Assembly (NCBI GenBank): GCA_047285535.1
Contig: JBJBDC010000001.1
Coordinates: forward strand, 864,136-928,135
Length of the DNA stretch: 64,000 nucleotides
From: Synechococcus sp.
GTDB lineage: Bacteria; Cyanobacteriota; Cyanobacteriia; PCC-6307; Cyanobiaceae
Direction: 5' to 3'
Shown piece by piece: positions 41,489-51,515 of the stretch (its first letter is position 1; each line of letters begins with the position of its first letter). A model generated the notes under the pieces. It made no database searches. It was not told the DNA's origin and saw only the letters and a program-made list of their open reading frames with translations. A program made the translations under genes and the position numbers.

Positions 41489-42214
41489 ATGCTTTCAGGT
41501 CTTTCTTCTTCATCCGAACTCAGCGTCGACCAGCTATTGGAGAAACTCTCTAACGGCTCCTCACGTCAAAAGCGTTCTCTGATTCCTGCAGTTGAGAAAG
41601 CTGCTGATCAGATTGCAGCCATGGGAGCGACTGCTCTGGCCTCATTCGATCGTGAAGGGGAAGAATGGGCAGCAGGCTGGATTCTTCAGACGCTGCATCG
41701 TCATCAAGCGTCAGCCCTTAAAACTCTTCTGGATGGATCCGAGGGGTGGTTTGCCACTGCATCAGCAAGCGATGTGGATTATTCCATTCTCCAACAAGCT
41801 CTCCTAGAAGAGCGCTTCGAAGATGCGGATCGGCTCACCAGTGCAATCCTTCGTCGTCTCGCTGGTGAACAAGCTGAGCGCAGAGGATACGTCTATTTCA
41901 GCGAAGTCTTATCAATGGGTGGGCTTGATCTCGTCACAATCGATCGTCTCTGGCTCGCTTACTCCCAGGGGCGGTTTGGATTCACAGTGCAAGCCCGTTT
42001 GCTGACAACGCTCAATGGCCGCTATGACAAACTTTGGCCTCGAATCGGTTGGAAACAGGAGGGTGTCTGGACCCGGTACCCAGGATCTTTCAATTGGTCC
42101 CTTCAGGCTCCTGAAGGGCATCTACCGTTAATCAACCAACTGAGAGGTGTACGACTGATCGATGCTTTGCTCAACCACCCGGCCCTTGTTGCTCGGCGAG
42201 GATCCAAGGCCTAG
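41489..42214 (+). CDS. gun4: GUN4 domain protein (Mg-chelatase cofactor)
   Basis: ADRLT, DRLWLAYSQGRFGFTVQ, APEGHLPLINQLRG. Confidence 0.92.
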   Translation: MLSGLSSSSELSVDQLLEKLSNGSSRQKRSLIPAVEKAADQIAAMGATALASFDREGEEWAAGWILQTLHRHQASALKTLLDGSEGWFATASASDVDYSILQQALLEERFEDADRLTSAILRRLAGEQAERRGYVYFSEVLSMGGLDLVTIDRLWLAYSQGRFGFTVQARLLTTLNGRYDKLWPRIGWKQEGVWTRYPGSFNWSLQAPEGHLPLINQLRGVRLIDALLNHPALVARRGSKA

Positions 42215-42265
42215 TGGCATGAATTAAAGAGGGGGTTATGTTCAAAACAGGATGCTTCGGCCCGG

Positions 42266-42718
42266 ATGTCATCAAGGATTGGATCGACTTCAGGGTCGTT
42301 CAGCTTTAATTTCATCCCCTCGGTTCAACGCACGCGCTGGGCGGATTTTGTTCTCCCCTCAACACTCCAACTCGCTCCGTTGCTGGAGTTACTGCTGGAC
42401 CCGGTGGAGTGTGTTGAAACGGCTTCTCGTCTCCAATTAGGACTCCAGGAGGCGCTTGTCAATGCTGTCCGTCATGGAAATTCTGACGATCCCTCCAAGT
42501 CTTTGCGCGTACGTCGCATCCTCACTCCTCAATGGATGATTTGGCAGATTCAGGATGAAGGTCAGGGGTTACCAACCCATGCCCGTCAAGGGGAGCTGCC
42601 TCAGTACTTAGAGGCAAATCAGGGCAGAGGGCTGTTTTTGATCTATCAGTGTTTTGACGATGTGCGCTGGAGTCGTCGCGGCAATCGAGTGCAACTGGCA
42701 AGCCGCAAGCGTAATTAA
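42266..42718 (+). CDS. RsbW-like HATPase (anti-sigma regulatory factor family)
   Basis: LQEALVNAVRHGN, IQDEGQG, GRGLFLI. Confidence 0.9.
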   Translation: MSSRIGSTSGSFSFNFIPSVQRTRWADFVLPSTLQLAPLLELLLDPVECVETASRLQLGLQEALVNAVRHGNSDDPSKSLRVRRILTPQWMIWQIQDEGQGLPTHARQGELPQYLEANQGRGLFLIYQCFDDVRWSRRGNRVQLASRKRN

Positions 42719-42731
42719 CGAATGGCGGCAA

Positions 42732-42986
42732 TCAACGATGGGGACAACCAGGGTCTTTCACTTCCCTTCTGATCCAGCGAAGTGCTTGTTCTGTGAGTTC
42801 CTCCACATCGTGACGCTCGCCTCCCTGAATCAACTGAGAGAGTGCAGCAGCCATCAGTTCAGCGCAACGACGGTCAGCATCGGATTTCAAGCGATGCCAA
42901 TCACGGTCACCAAGACTCAAGCAACCATGGAGTTCCTTAGCAAGCTCAGTAGCTTGCCCTGGCCATCGCGACTCAGCCCTTGACAT
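42732..42986 (-). CDS. Conserved hypothetical protein (DUF6439-like)
   Basis: L..RDWHRLK...R.AE..AAAL, C-terminal DPGCPHR. Confidence 0.8.
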   Translation of the reverse strand: MSRAESRWPGQATELAKELHGCLSLGDRDWHRLKSDADRRCAELMAAALSQLIQGGERHDVEELTEQALRWIRREVKDPGCPHR

Positions 42987-43062
42987 CTTGTTCTGGCGAT
43001 CGGTTGTTCTTATCCTGAAGCCTTGCGTCGACAGCTGTGACGTCAATGATGGACACATCTCC

Positions 43063-43329
43063 ATGGGATCAGATTTGCGTCGCTCTCGTTTACGACATTT
43101 ACATGCGCTGGCCACGTTGATTCACATTCAGCCAAGGCAGTGGGAAACAAGAGATGTACGTTCGAGAAGAAGATTGCAACGTCGTCGCCTTATTCAACAA
43201 CTCGTTGAAGGCCAAAACAATTTGAAATGGATGCGGCGACCCGAATCAAACAAATTGTTTTGGCGAGCGTTGCGATGGGGAGGACCTGGACTCTTGCTTG
43301 GATGTGTACTGGCAAAACTTTCATCTTGA
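43063..43329 (+). CDS. Hypothetical protein with C-terminal TM
   Basis: Arg-rich; ALRWGGPGLLLG C-terminus. Confidence 0.55.
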   Translation: MGSDLRRSRLRHLHALATLIHIQPRQWETRDVRSRRRLQRRRLIQQLVEGQNNLKWMRRPESNKLFWRALRWGGPGLLLGCVLAKLSS

Positions 43330-43348
43330 CAAAGATGAATCAATCCTA

Positions 43349-43663
43349 TTAATCAACAAGCATCTTGTGATGGACAATCACAAGTGAGTCCGGTGGTTGG
43401 GTTGCGTGGTCATGCGGGGAAGGAAGTGCATTGGAATCAGGCAGAATGGCTAGTCCTTTTAACCAAGCTTGATGGAGTGCATGACGACGTTTATCTTCTT
43501 CGAGCACGAGTCGGTCAGCGGCTGATTGTGGAGTCTCGCCATGCAAAAGCGCAGTGCGAAGACAGATTCCAAAACCTTGGGCTTCCACCTGAACTTTTCC
43601 CTCCATAAGCACCAACTGAAATGTCCAGCCTTTCAACCAGCGGACATAGAAGGGGTTGATCAT
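43349..43663 (-). CDS. Conserved hypothetical protein
   Basis: NPFYVRWLKGWTFQLVLMEG..QVEA.GFGIC.RT. Confidence 0.75.
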   Translation of the reverse strand: MINPFYVRWLKGWTFQLVLMEGKVQVEAQGFGICLRTALLHGETPQSAADRLVLEEDKRRHALHQAWLKGLAILPDSNALPSPHDHATQPPDSLVIVHHKMLVD

Positions 43664-43738
43664 CAAAGCCCTCAATAGGGGTAGCTGCACCTTATGGGGA
43701 GCTGAAAGGAATCAATACGGGTATGTCAGGGAATCACT

Positions 43739-44794
43739 TCAAGTCTTCTTGGCCGTCCAAACTCTCACCATGCAATGGGATTCAGCTGAGACCCCCGTGA
43801 AGCCAGCGTTACTGAGGCGCAATTCAATGTCGTCTGAAATGAAATCCCTATAAAAGGGCTCGTGGAATGATCGCCTAAAATTATCCATGACCACGCTGAA
43901 TTGCGGTGAATCCATGAGTTGAATGGAGTCAGCAAGAACAAAAACTCCACCTGGCTCTAGCAATCGATAAGCCTCATCAAGAACAGCCTGCCGCGCTTGG
44001 CCTGGAAGCTCATGCAACAGGAAAACACAGGTCAAACCCTGCATGCTTTCATCTCCAAAAGGCATGGATTCAGCATTGCCTTGAAGCAGCTGAACGAGCC
44101 TCTCACTTCCTTTGTTCAGCCATCGATTGGCCTGTCTTAAGTAGGCCTCAGACAGATCAAGACCAACCAAAGAAGCCTGAGGAAGTGCAGCACGGATTTG
44201 ATGAAGCATCCGACCGGTTCCAGTCGCTACATCCAGAATCCGAAGACTCGCTTCGGGCCGATCACTAAATCCTCTCAAGCCTCGTTTGAGTGGAGCGATC
44301 AAACGCCGCCGCATGGCGTCGGCAGCGCCATTGAACAGGATGTCGACCTGGAGGTCGTACAGCTCAGCAGAGTGATCACTGAGATATCCATCTGTTTGAT
44401 GATGGAAATTCTGGAGGTAGTAGTCGGGATAGAGCTCTTCATCGTGATGTTCAGGAATGTCCTGAACATCACGGGCACGACGTCTGGCCCAGTTGGATGG
44501 AAGGTCAAGCCAAACGCGTGGGTAACGCTCGGCCCATTCCAACCAAGGAAGATCGAATAAAAGTGATGGGGGATAAAGCCCTTCTTCTGATTCTTGCCAA
44601 TCAAGATCCTGAAGGGCGGCTGAGGCACGGCGCAATTCGTCGAGCGTTTCGGGAGGAACAGGTTCGGTACTGGGGACAACATCAGGTGCCAACAGTTCCA
44701 TCGCTTTTGTGGTCAGCTCCTTATGGGCCAGGCCTGCCAGGGTGCGCCCCTGCTGGATGGTGCGATAAGCAAATTCGGTCAGGCTGGACGCCAT
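43739..44794 (-). CDS. Class I SAM-dependent methyltransferase
   Basis: YYLQNFHHQTDGYLS, ILDVATGTG, GLDLS, FLLHELP. Confidence 0.93.
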   Translation of the reverse strand: MASSLTEFAYRTIQQGRTLAGLAHKELTTKAMELLAPDVVPSTEPVPPETLDELRRASAALQDLDWQESEEGLYPPSLLFDLPWLEWAERYPRVWLDLPSNWARRRARDVQDIPEHHDEELYPDYYLQNFHHQTDGYLSDHSAELYDLQVDILFNGAADAMRRRLIAPLKRGLRGFSDRPEASLRILDVATGTGRMLHQIRAALPQASLVGLDLSEAYLRQANRWLNKGSERLVQLLQGNAESMPFGDESMQGLTCVFLLHELPGQARQAVLDEAYRLLEPGGVFVLADSIQLMDSPQFSVVMDNFRRSFHEPFYRDFISDDIELRLSNAGFTGVSAESHCMVRVWTAKKT

Positions 44795-44898
44795 GGGGCT
44801 GTGAATAAGTCAATACGCCTATTCCAAAGGATGAGCCCAGGAAGCGGGGCCGATAATCAAATTCTTAGGGGAAGAATTATGAAGATCAAGGAAATTCG

Positions 44899-44912
44899 GT
44901 ATCAACCAATAC
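44899..44912. promoter_or_regulatory. NtcA binding site
   Basis: Perfect GTA-tcaaccaa-TAC between divergent genes. Confidence 0.7.
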
Positions 44913-44937
44913 AGAATGTTTTCAGTTAGACGAGGCT

Positions 44938-45210
44938 GTGACCATGAGAGTCGCCATTCGTTCGTTTCCGATTGCCTACACCGGCAATGTGCTCGAACGA
45001 CGCCAAAAGGCTGCAGCTGAATTTCTCGCCTGGGCAGACCAACACGCCCATGAGCAAAGGCTGAGCCAATCCAGTCAAGCGCAGATCGAACATCATCCCG
45101 ACCTCCTCGATTCAGAGAGTGCCGTTGCGCAGCAGCGCATCTGGGCCAATCGCCAGGCCCATCAAAAACATCTCCAAAACAGCGCTATCGCCCACCTGCG
45201 GCACCACTGA
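44938..45210 (+). CDS. Small Gln/His/Ala-rich hypothetical protein convergent with glnA
   Basis: 90-aa ORF (start uncertain) with helical, low-hydrophobicity composition; followed by a strong hairpin. Confidence 0.7.
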   Translation: MTMRVAIRSFPIAYTGNVLERRQKAAAEFLAWADQHAHEQRLSQSSQAQIEHHPDLLDSESAVAQQRIWANRQAHQKHLQNSAIAHLRHH

Positions 45211-45214
45211 CGGC

Positions 45215-45261
45215 ATTGAACGCTAATGAAGAGGGGATTGCCCCCTTCATTAGCGTTCAAT
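45215..45261. terminator. Long hairpin, terminator or 3' stabiliser
   Basis: attgaacgctaatgaag-a-gggg-attg-cccc-cttcattagcgttcaat: 21 bp with one bulge. Confidence 0.7.
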
Positions 45262-45816
45262 ACCAAATTAGCGATCGTTTTTTGACTTATCAAAATGCAG
45301 ACAGGTCAAGAATCTTCTGTGCTTCATCAATTATTAAGTTGATTTTCATGAGGTAAGCCCAGGACAAATTTGCAAGTGACCGTCTCTCGCATCCATTCAG
45401 AGACTGGCCTTGATCCAAATCCAAAAATGAGAAACCACCGCTCGAACCTCAAGTTACGAAGATTCAATCCTTACGGTTAGCAGCGATCATCTCTATCGCG
45501 AGCTCTTATGCGATGGCCTCTAACTCTGGCCCGGTGCAATCAGCGGTGTCGCCTCCTAAATAGAAGAGATTCTCATCAATCTGATTATTGCTGCGATAGC
45601 AAGAGGTCTCAGCCAAATTTAGACTGATGATGAAGCTTGATGTGATCTCTTGATCTGTTCCTTGATATCAATGGGTATTGATACGGTGGGATGCCTCTTG
45701 GCTTGAACAGCCAGGTCTTTTAACGAAGATGATATTGATCCCATTGTGCAGAGCGATAGACGGCCTCCCTGCCCACACGAAGAACTGTTCAATCTCAAGG
45801 GACGCTCCCTACCAAC

Positions 45817-45848
45817 AAAAAATGATCCCCTTGATGGGGGGACCATTT
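45817..45848 (-). terminator. glnA terminator
   Basis: Minus strand aaatggtcccc...ggggatcattt followed by a T-run, 60 nt after the glnA stop. Confidence 0.65.
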
Positions 45849-45907
45849 CATAACTATTTTCTTGATTCACTTAGGAGCTCAGAATCAGCGGCACAAAGCC
45901 GCTGAAA

Positions 45908-47329
45908 TCAAGCGTCGTAGTACATGGTGAATTCATAAGGGTGGGGACGCTGACGCAGTTGCTGCACCTCTTCATATTTAATGTTGATCCAATTATCGAT
46001 GAAATCTTTGCTAAAGACACCACCTTCCATGAGGTAATGATGATCAGCATTGAGTGCTTCTAAGGCACCATTCAGAGAGGCTGGAACAGTGGCAATATCC
46101 TTCAATTGTTCAGCGGGAAGTTCAAAGAGATCGCCATCAAAACCATCACCTGGATCGATTTGGTTTTTAATACCATCGAGGCCTGCCATCATCATGGCAG
46201 CAAAGGCTAAGTACGGATTAGCCAGGGCATCACCAGAGCGGAATTCCAAGCGCTTCGCCTTCGGACTAGGCCCTGTCAGTGGAATCCGAACAGCCGCAGA
46301 TCGGTTGCCTTCTGAATACACCAAATTCACAGGTGCTTCAAAACCTGGCACCAGGCGTTTGTAGCTGTTGGTGGTGGGATTGGTGAATGCAAGAAACGAT
46401 GGAGCATGTTTCAGAATTCCGCCGATATACCAACGAGCTGTTTGAGAGAGGTTGGCATAGGTCCCTTCTCCGAAGAATAGGGGTTGGCCGCCTTTCCATA
46501 GGCTCTGGTGCACATGCATTCCAGTTCCATTGTCATTAAAAACTGGCTTCGGCATGAAAGTGGCCGTCTTACCATATTTTTTTGCCACATTGCGCACAAC
46601 ATATTTATAAGTCATCACATTGTCGGCAGCCTGAATTAGCTCCGCAAACTTCATTCCCAATTCATGCTGACCAGCACCAGCAACTTCATGGTGATGCTTC
46701 TCAATTGGAATGCCCAATTGAGCCATCATCAGCAACATCTCAGAACGAATATCCTGCGCCGTATCGTTTGGAGAAACAGGGAAATAACCTTCTTTCAGTT
46801 GAATTTTATAGGCAAGATTTCCTCCTTCTTCCACCCTCCCGCTATTCCAGGAGGCTTCGATGGTGTCAACGCTATAGGAACAGCTTCCCTCACTGGAGCT
46901 GTAACGAACGTCATCAAAAATGAAAAATTCAGGTTCTGGACCAAAAAATGCAGTGTCTGCCAATCCAGTATTAGCAAGGTAGGCCAATGCTTTCTGAGCC
47001 AGAGAGCGAGGACAACGCCCATAAGGTTCACCCGTACGTGGATCCTGAATCGAACAGATCAGGCTCACTGTTTTATGGCGGTAGAAGGGATCCACCCATG
47101 CCGTGGAGGGGTCTGGAACCATGGCCATGTCAGAAGCGTTGATCGCCTTCCAGCCGCGTATCGAAGATCCATCGAAGGCCAGACCATCACGAAAAGCGTC
47201 CTCATCCACCATGTCTGAACACACGGTGAGGTGTTGCCACTTGCCGTGCAGATCGGTGAATTTGAGGTCGATCAGCTCGATCCCTTCGTCCTTGATTTGA
47301 CGAAGAACGTCCTGAGCAGTTTTGGCCAT
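45908..47329 (-). CDS. glnA: Glutamine synthetase type I
   Basis: [55 protein letters not shown]. Confidence 0.99.
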   Translation of the reverse strand: MAKTAQDVLRQIKDEGIELIDLKFTDLHGKWQHLTVCSDMVDEDAFRDGLAFDGSSIRGWKAINASDMAMVPDPSTAWVDPFYRHKTVSLICSIQDPRTGEPYGRCPRSLAQKALAYLANTGLADTAFFGPEPEFFIFDDVRYSSSEGSCSYSVDTIEASWNSGRVEEGGNLAYKIQLKEGYFPVSPNDTAQDIRSEMLLMMAQLGIPIEKHHHEVAGAGQHELGMKFAELIQAADNVMTYKYVVRNVAKKYGKTATFMPKPVFNDNGTGMHVHQSLWKGGQPLFFGEGTYANLSQTARWYIGGILKHAPSFLAFTNPTTNSYKRLVPGFEAPVNLVYSEGNRSAAVRIPLTGPSPKAKRLEFRSGDALANPYLAFAAMMMAGLDGIKNQIDPGDGFDGDLFELPAEQLKDIATVPASLNGALEALNADHHYLMEGGVFSKDFIDNWINIKYEEVQQLRQRPHPYEFTMYYDA

Positions 47330-47361
47330 GATTAAGGCTGAAGCCGAAGGTATCTTTTCTA

Positions 47362-47403
47362 ACCGTAGGTACTGATCTGACTCGCTTTTGTAGCAACACG
47401 CAC
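47362..47403 (-). promoter_or_regulatory. NtcA-activated (class II) promoter of glnA
   Basis: Minus strand GTG-cgtgttgc-TAC, 22-nt spacer, then TACGGT (TAN3T -10 element). Confidence 0.8.
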
Positions 47404-47551
47404 TTTTTTGATTGCAGACAGTTGGGCTGCCAGGCAGAGGTCACCACTTGGTAACCGTTTCTGTCAGATTCCTAGGATCCCAGGTGATGAAAGCGTTCTG
47501 ACCACCTTTGTGATGTTACCTTCCAGCCAGTGATCATTAGCGTCCCCCACC

Positions 47552-48076
47552 ATGCGTGATGCCATCACCGGGTTGATCGGTCGTTACGACCAATTGGGTC
47601 GCTACTTCGATCGATCCGCAATTGATAGTATTGAGGGCTATTTCGATCAAGCCGAGCTGCGACTCAGGGCTGTGGAGTTGATCAACCGAGAAGCGACTGA
47701 GCTGGTAAGAGAAGCCAGCCAAAGGCTTTTCGAAGGCGACCCAGAACTGCTTTTACCAGGAGGGAATGCATACACGACTCGACGTTTAGCAGCCTGTCTC
47801 CGGGATATGGATTATTTCCTTCGCTACGCGAGCTATGCCCTTGTCGCTGATGACAGCACAATCCTGAACGAAAGGGTGCTGAACGGTTTAGACGACACTT
47901 ACAAGAGTCTTGGGGTTCCGACGGGACCCACAGTGCGAAGCATGATTCTCTTAGCTGATGTTCTTTGCGAGCGGATGGTGGCTGAAGGCTGCAACCCGGC
48001 TGATTGTCAGATGATTCGTAAGCCCTTCGATCATCTTGCTTCAGGGCTTTCCGTTACTGATGTTCGTCAGCGCTGA
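47552..48076 (+). CDS. apcF: Allophycocyanin beta-18 subunit
   Basis: MRDAIT.LI..YD..GRY, PGGNAYTTRRLAACLRDMDY; downstream of divergent glnA. Confidence 0.95.
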   Translation: MRDAITGLIGRYDQLGRYFDRSAIDSIEGYFDQAELRLRAVELINREATELVREASQRLFEGDPELLLPGGNAYTTRRLAACLRDMDYFLRYASYALVADDSTILNERVLNGLDDTYKSLGVPTGPTVRSMILLADVLCERMVAEGCNPADCQMIRKPFDHLASGLSVTDVRQR

Positions 48077-48168
48077 TCGCGCAAGGCGCATTCTTTTCAA
48101 CAGGCGTTGCAAACCAGCTGTTCAGCTCCCTGATTGGTCCTCTCTATGCGTAGGCTTCTGCCCATTGA

Positions 48169-49368
48169 TTGGTGATCCAGGCTTTGGCGACGACGCACCC
48201 CCCCCTGTTGGTTGATTCGTCCCATCGAAGGGCTATTGCCCCGATCAACACACCTGATCGTCTGCTACTGGGACCAGGACCCTCAAATGCAGACCCTACA
48301 GTTCTCAAGGCTTTATCTCGGACTCCAATCGGTCACCTCGATCCACTTTATGTCGAGCTGATGGGAGAAGTGCAGGAACTTCTCCGCTATGCGTGGCAGA
48401 CCGACAATCGCTTGACCCTGCCAATGAGTGGAACGGGAAGTGCAGCGATGGAAGCCACCCTTGCCAACACCGTTGAACCTGGTGACAAGGTTCTGGTTGC
48501 TGTGAAGGGATATTTCGGCAATCGCCTTGTTGACATGGCTGGGCGCTATCGCGCTGACGTGAAGATCATTGAAAAACCTTGGGGTGAAGCCTTTTCCAAA
48601 GATGAACTGGAAGCTGCTCTGATCGAACACAAACCAGCCATTCTGGCGATGGTGCATGCCGAAACTTCTACAGGCGTCTGTCAGCCGATGGATGGGATTG
48701 GAGACCTCTGTCGGAAACACAACTGCCTGCTCCTCTTGGATACCGTGACCTCGCTTGGCGGAGTTCCCCTTTATCTCGATGATTGGAAGGTAGATCTTGC
48801 CTACAGTTGTAGTCAGAAGGGTCTGAGCTGCCCTCCTGGACTTGGCCCATTCACCATGGGTCCCCGTGCAGAAGCGAAGCTCGCTGCTCGAAAAGACAAG
48901 GTTCCCAATTGGTACCTTGATGTTTCACTGCTCAATCAGTACTGGGGTAGTGACAGGGTGTATCACCACACAGCACCGGTGAACATGAATTTCGGCATGC
49001 GGGAAGCACTGAGACTTTTAGCCGAAGAAGGCTTGGATCAGGCCTGGGACAGACACCGGAAAAACGCCGAATCACTTTGGACCGGTCTGGAATCAATGGG
49101 CATGGAAATGCATGTGTCCGAGGAACTCCGCCTTCCCACACTCACCACAGTTCGCATTCCCGAAGACGTTGATGGGAAGGGATTCACCCAGCACCTCCTG
49201 AACACCCACGGCATTGAGGTGGGTGGAGGCCTTGGGGTTCTTGCCGGCAAAATCTGGCGAATCGGCCTGATGGGTTACAACTCCAACCCTGAAAATGTCA
49301 ACAGGCTGTTGAATCTGTTTGAAACTGATTTGCCTCAGTTCCGTCAGAACGTCGCCGCCGCTGCCTAA
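48169..49368 (+). CDS. Alanine-glyoxylate / serine-pyruvate aminotransferase (class V)
   Basis: LLGPGPSN, HAETSTG, DTVTSLGG, SQKGLSCPPG, WRIGLMG. Confidence 0.95.
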   Translation: MVIQALATTHPPLLVDSSHRRAIAPINTPDRLLLGPGPSNADPTVLKALSRTPIGHLDPLYVELMGEVQELLRYAWQTDNRLTLPMSGTGSAAMEATLANTVEPGDKVLVAVKGYFGNRLVDMAGRYRADVKIIEKPWGEAFSKDELEAALIEHKPAILAMVHAETSTGVCQPMDGIGDLCRKHNCLLLLDTVTSLGGVPLYLDDWKVDLAYSCSQKGLSCPPGLGPFTMGPRAEAKLAARKDKVPNWYLDVSLLNQYWGSDRVYHHTAPVNMNFGMREALRLLAEEGLDQAWDRHRKNAESLWTGLESMGMEMHVSEELRLPTLTTVRIPEDVDGKGFTQHLLNTHGIEVGGGLGVLAGKIWRIGLMGYNSNPENVNRLLNLFETDLPQFRQNVAAAA

Positions 49369-49816
49369 ACCAGCGCTCCAGCATCTCTTTGGCTTGTTCA
49401 GAACGCACCCCAGAGATCACTGTCATTCGGTGATGAGCACTCACATGATCTGCCAGATTGATGGTGCTCCCCAAAGCCCCACGCTTAGGGTCGGTCGCGG
49501 CGAAAATCACCTGTCCGACTCTCGCCTGAACCAAAGCCCCCGCGCACATCGGACAGGGTTCCAACGTCACCAACACTGTGCAGTCATTAAGACGCCAGTC
49601 GCCCCGAAGCAAACAGGCTTGACGAATCGCCATCAACTCCGCATGGCCAAGAGGATCACTGCGCTGTTCCCTTGTGTTCATTCCATGTCCAATACAGCGG
49701 CCCTGGTGATCCAAAACAATGGCAGTGACAGGGACTTCTCCTTGTTCTCCCAGACACCGCGCCCTCTCAATCAACCGTCCCATCCAGCAATCCGATTGCT
49801 CGGGCGTCAGGTCCAT
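49298..49816 (-). CDS. tadA: tRNA adenosine deaminase-like nucleoside deaminase
   Basis: GEVPV, HAE, TLEPCPMCAGA. Confidence 0.9.
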   Translation of the reverse strand: MDLTPEQSDCWMGRLIERARCLGEQGEVPVTAIVLDHQGRCIGHGMNTREQRSDPLGHAELMAIRQACLLRGDWRLNDCTVLVTLEPCPMCAGALVQARVGQVIFAATDPKRGALGSTINLADHVSAHHRMTVISGVRSEQAKEMLERWFRQRRRRSDGTEANQFQTDSTAC

Positions 49817-49878
49817 TGGGGGAGGCAAAATCAGACTCTTTGAGGAGCGCGTCGTTCGATGAGCCACCACAAGAGAGA

Positions 49879-51315
49879 ATGTTGATACTCCATCCTCTCT
49901 TCTTGGTCGGACCTTCTAGGAATCCCGCACCGGTAGCTCTGTCGGCATTTGCTTCTCCCGACACGCTTGACCCTCAGCTGCTTCAGTTTTTGGAGCGAAC
50001 TTCCGAGCGACTTTGCCATTGGATCGGCACGGCTGCAGAGCGGGGGCCATTGCCAGCACTACGCGTGCTTCCTGATGCTGCACCTGAACCGAATGGTCGG
50101 GAGATGAATCAACTGTTGGATGACCTTCAACACGTGATGGATGGCGCTTATCAGCCCTCACATCCTGGGGCACTTGCTCATCTGGATCCACCACCGATCA
50201 CGGCCTCAATCGCAGCCGATTTGATCTGCGCGGGATTGAATAACAACCTCCTAGCAGAGGAGCTTTCTCCCAGCCTGAGTCATCTTGAACGTCAGGTTTG
50301 CGCGTGGTTTGCTCAGCGGATTGGATTTCCTGCTGGCGCTTCTGGTGTGGCGGCGAGTGGTGGCACCCTCAGCAATTTGATCGCCTTGGTCTCAGCGCGA
50401 CATCATGCTGGTTTAAACCACACTCCAGATGCCGTGGTGTTGGTCAGTGCTGATGCCCATGTCTCATGGAAAAAGTCTGCCCGCGTCATGGGACTTCCAA
50501 TCGATGGAATCCGCCAAATCCCCGTCGATCAACAGGGCTCCATGGATGTCGACCAACTGGAAGTCGAAATCACACAACTCTCAAAGGAAGGGCGCCCTTG
50601 TATCGCAGTCGTTGCGACGGCAGGAACCACATTGAGAGGAGCCATCGATCCTGTCTCGTCCATTGCCGATGTCTGTGACCGCTTTGGCTTATGGCTGCAT
50701 GTAGATGGGGCGATCGGTGCTGTTTTTGCTCTGAGCGCCGCAACAAAGCATGTACTCCAAGGGATCTCAAGAGCTGATTCCATCACCATCAACCCCCAGA
50801 AAGTCCTCGGCATCACCAAAACGTCGTCACTACTGCTGGTCAGGAATGAGAACGTCCTTGCTGAGCCTTTCTCCACAGGTCTTCCTTACATGGAACCGGC
50901 CCTTGAACACGATCACGGTGGCGAACTGGGCCTGCAGGGGAGTCGCCCCGCAGAAGTCCTCAAACTTTGGCTGGGATTGCGGCAACTCGGTGAATCAGGA
51001 ATTGAACAGCTTCTTTCAGCCGCCATTTCTCGACGTGAATATCTCGAGGAGAAACTTGATTCCACAAGGCTGCAAGTGCTGACAGGTCCATTGCATCTGC
51101 TTGCCTGCGGCCCCCTGTGCTGCCCTGGATCACAACAGGAAACCTGGTCGATCGAAACTCGCCGACAATTGCTGAATCAAGGCATCATGCTGTCGAGGCC
51201 CATGCATCAAGGACGGCATTTCCTCAAGGCTGTTCTTGGGAATCCCCATACCGATTGCATTTTGCTGGACAAACTGGCACTAGCCCTGAATCGATCCGTG
51301 GAAACCTTGCTCTAA
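49879..51315 (+). CDS. PLP-dependent group II decarboxylase (start uncertain)
   Basis: SGGTLSN, ATAGTT..GAIDP, WLHVDGAIG, DSITINPQK. Confidence 0.92.
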   Translation: MLILHPLFLVGPSRNPAPVALSAFASPDTLDPQLLQFLERTSERLCHWIGTAAERGPLPALRVLPDAAPEPNGREMNQLLDDLQHVMDGAYQPSHPGALAHLDPPPITASIAADLICAGLNNNLLAEELSPSLSHLERQVCAWFAQRIGFPAGASGVAASGGTLSNLIALVSARHHAGLNHTPDAVVLVSADAHVSWKKSARVMGLPIDGIRQIPVDQQGSMDVDQLEVEITQLSKEGRPCIAVVATAGTTLRGAIDPVSSIADVCDRFGLWLHVDGAIGAVFALSAATKHVLQGISRADSITINPQKVLGITKTSSLLLVRNENVLAEPFSTGLPYMEPALEHDHGGELGLQGSRPAEVLKLWLGLRQLGESGIEQLLSAAISRREYLEEKLDSTRLQVLTGPLHLLACGPLCCPGSQQETWSIETRRQLLNQGIMLSRPMHQGRHFLKAVLGNPHTDCILLDKLALALNRSVETLL

Positions 51316-51515
51316 TGGCGGAACCAAAACGCCAACGGGGCCGCTGGGTGGCCATCGCGACAGGCATCCTGTCGGTCCTGATTGGTGTGGCCTATTTAGG
51401 CCTGATCACTGTTCTCGATGCCCGCGGCCCCATGCGCCCCCCTCCGCCCGAGGCTCTGGTTGGGGTGGTAAGCGCCTCCTGGATGACTTTTGGAGTGGTT
51501 CCACCACCCTCGTGA
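51315..51515 (+). CDS. Small conserved membrane protein
   Basis: VAIATG..SVLIGVAYL..ITVLDARGPMRPPPPEA. Confidence 0.75.
   Translation: MAEPKRQRGRWVAIATGILSVLIGVAYLGLITVLDARGPMRPPPPEALVGVVSASWMTFGVVPPPS

Noticed and set aside
44944..44990. glnA-type glutamine riboswitch upstream of or within the NtcA-box ORF
   Set aside because: Only a short hairpin (attgcc/ggcaat); conserved GGAAG/GAAG E-loop elements are absent
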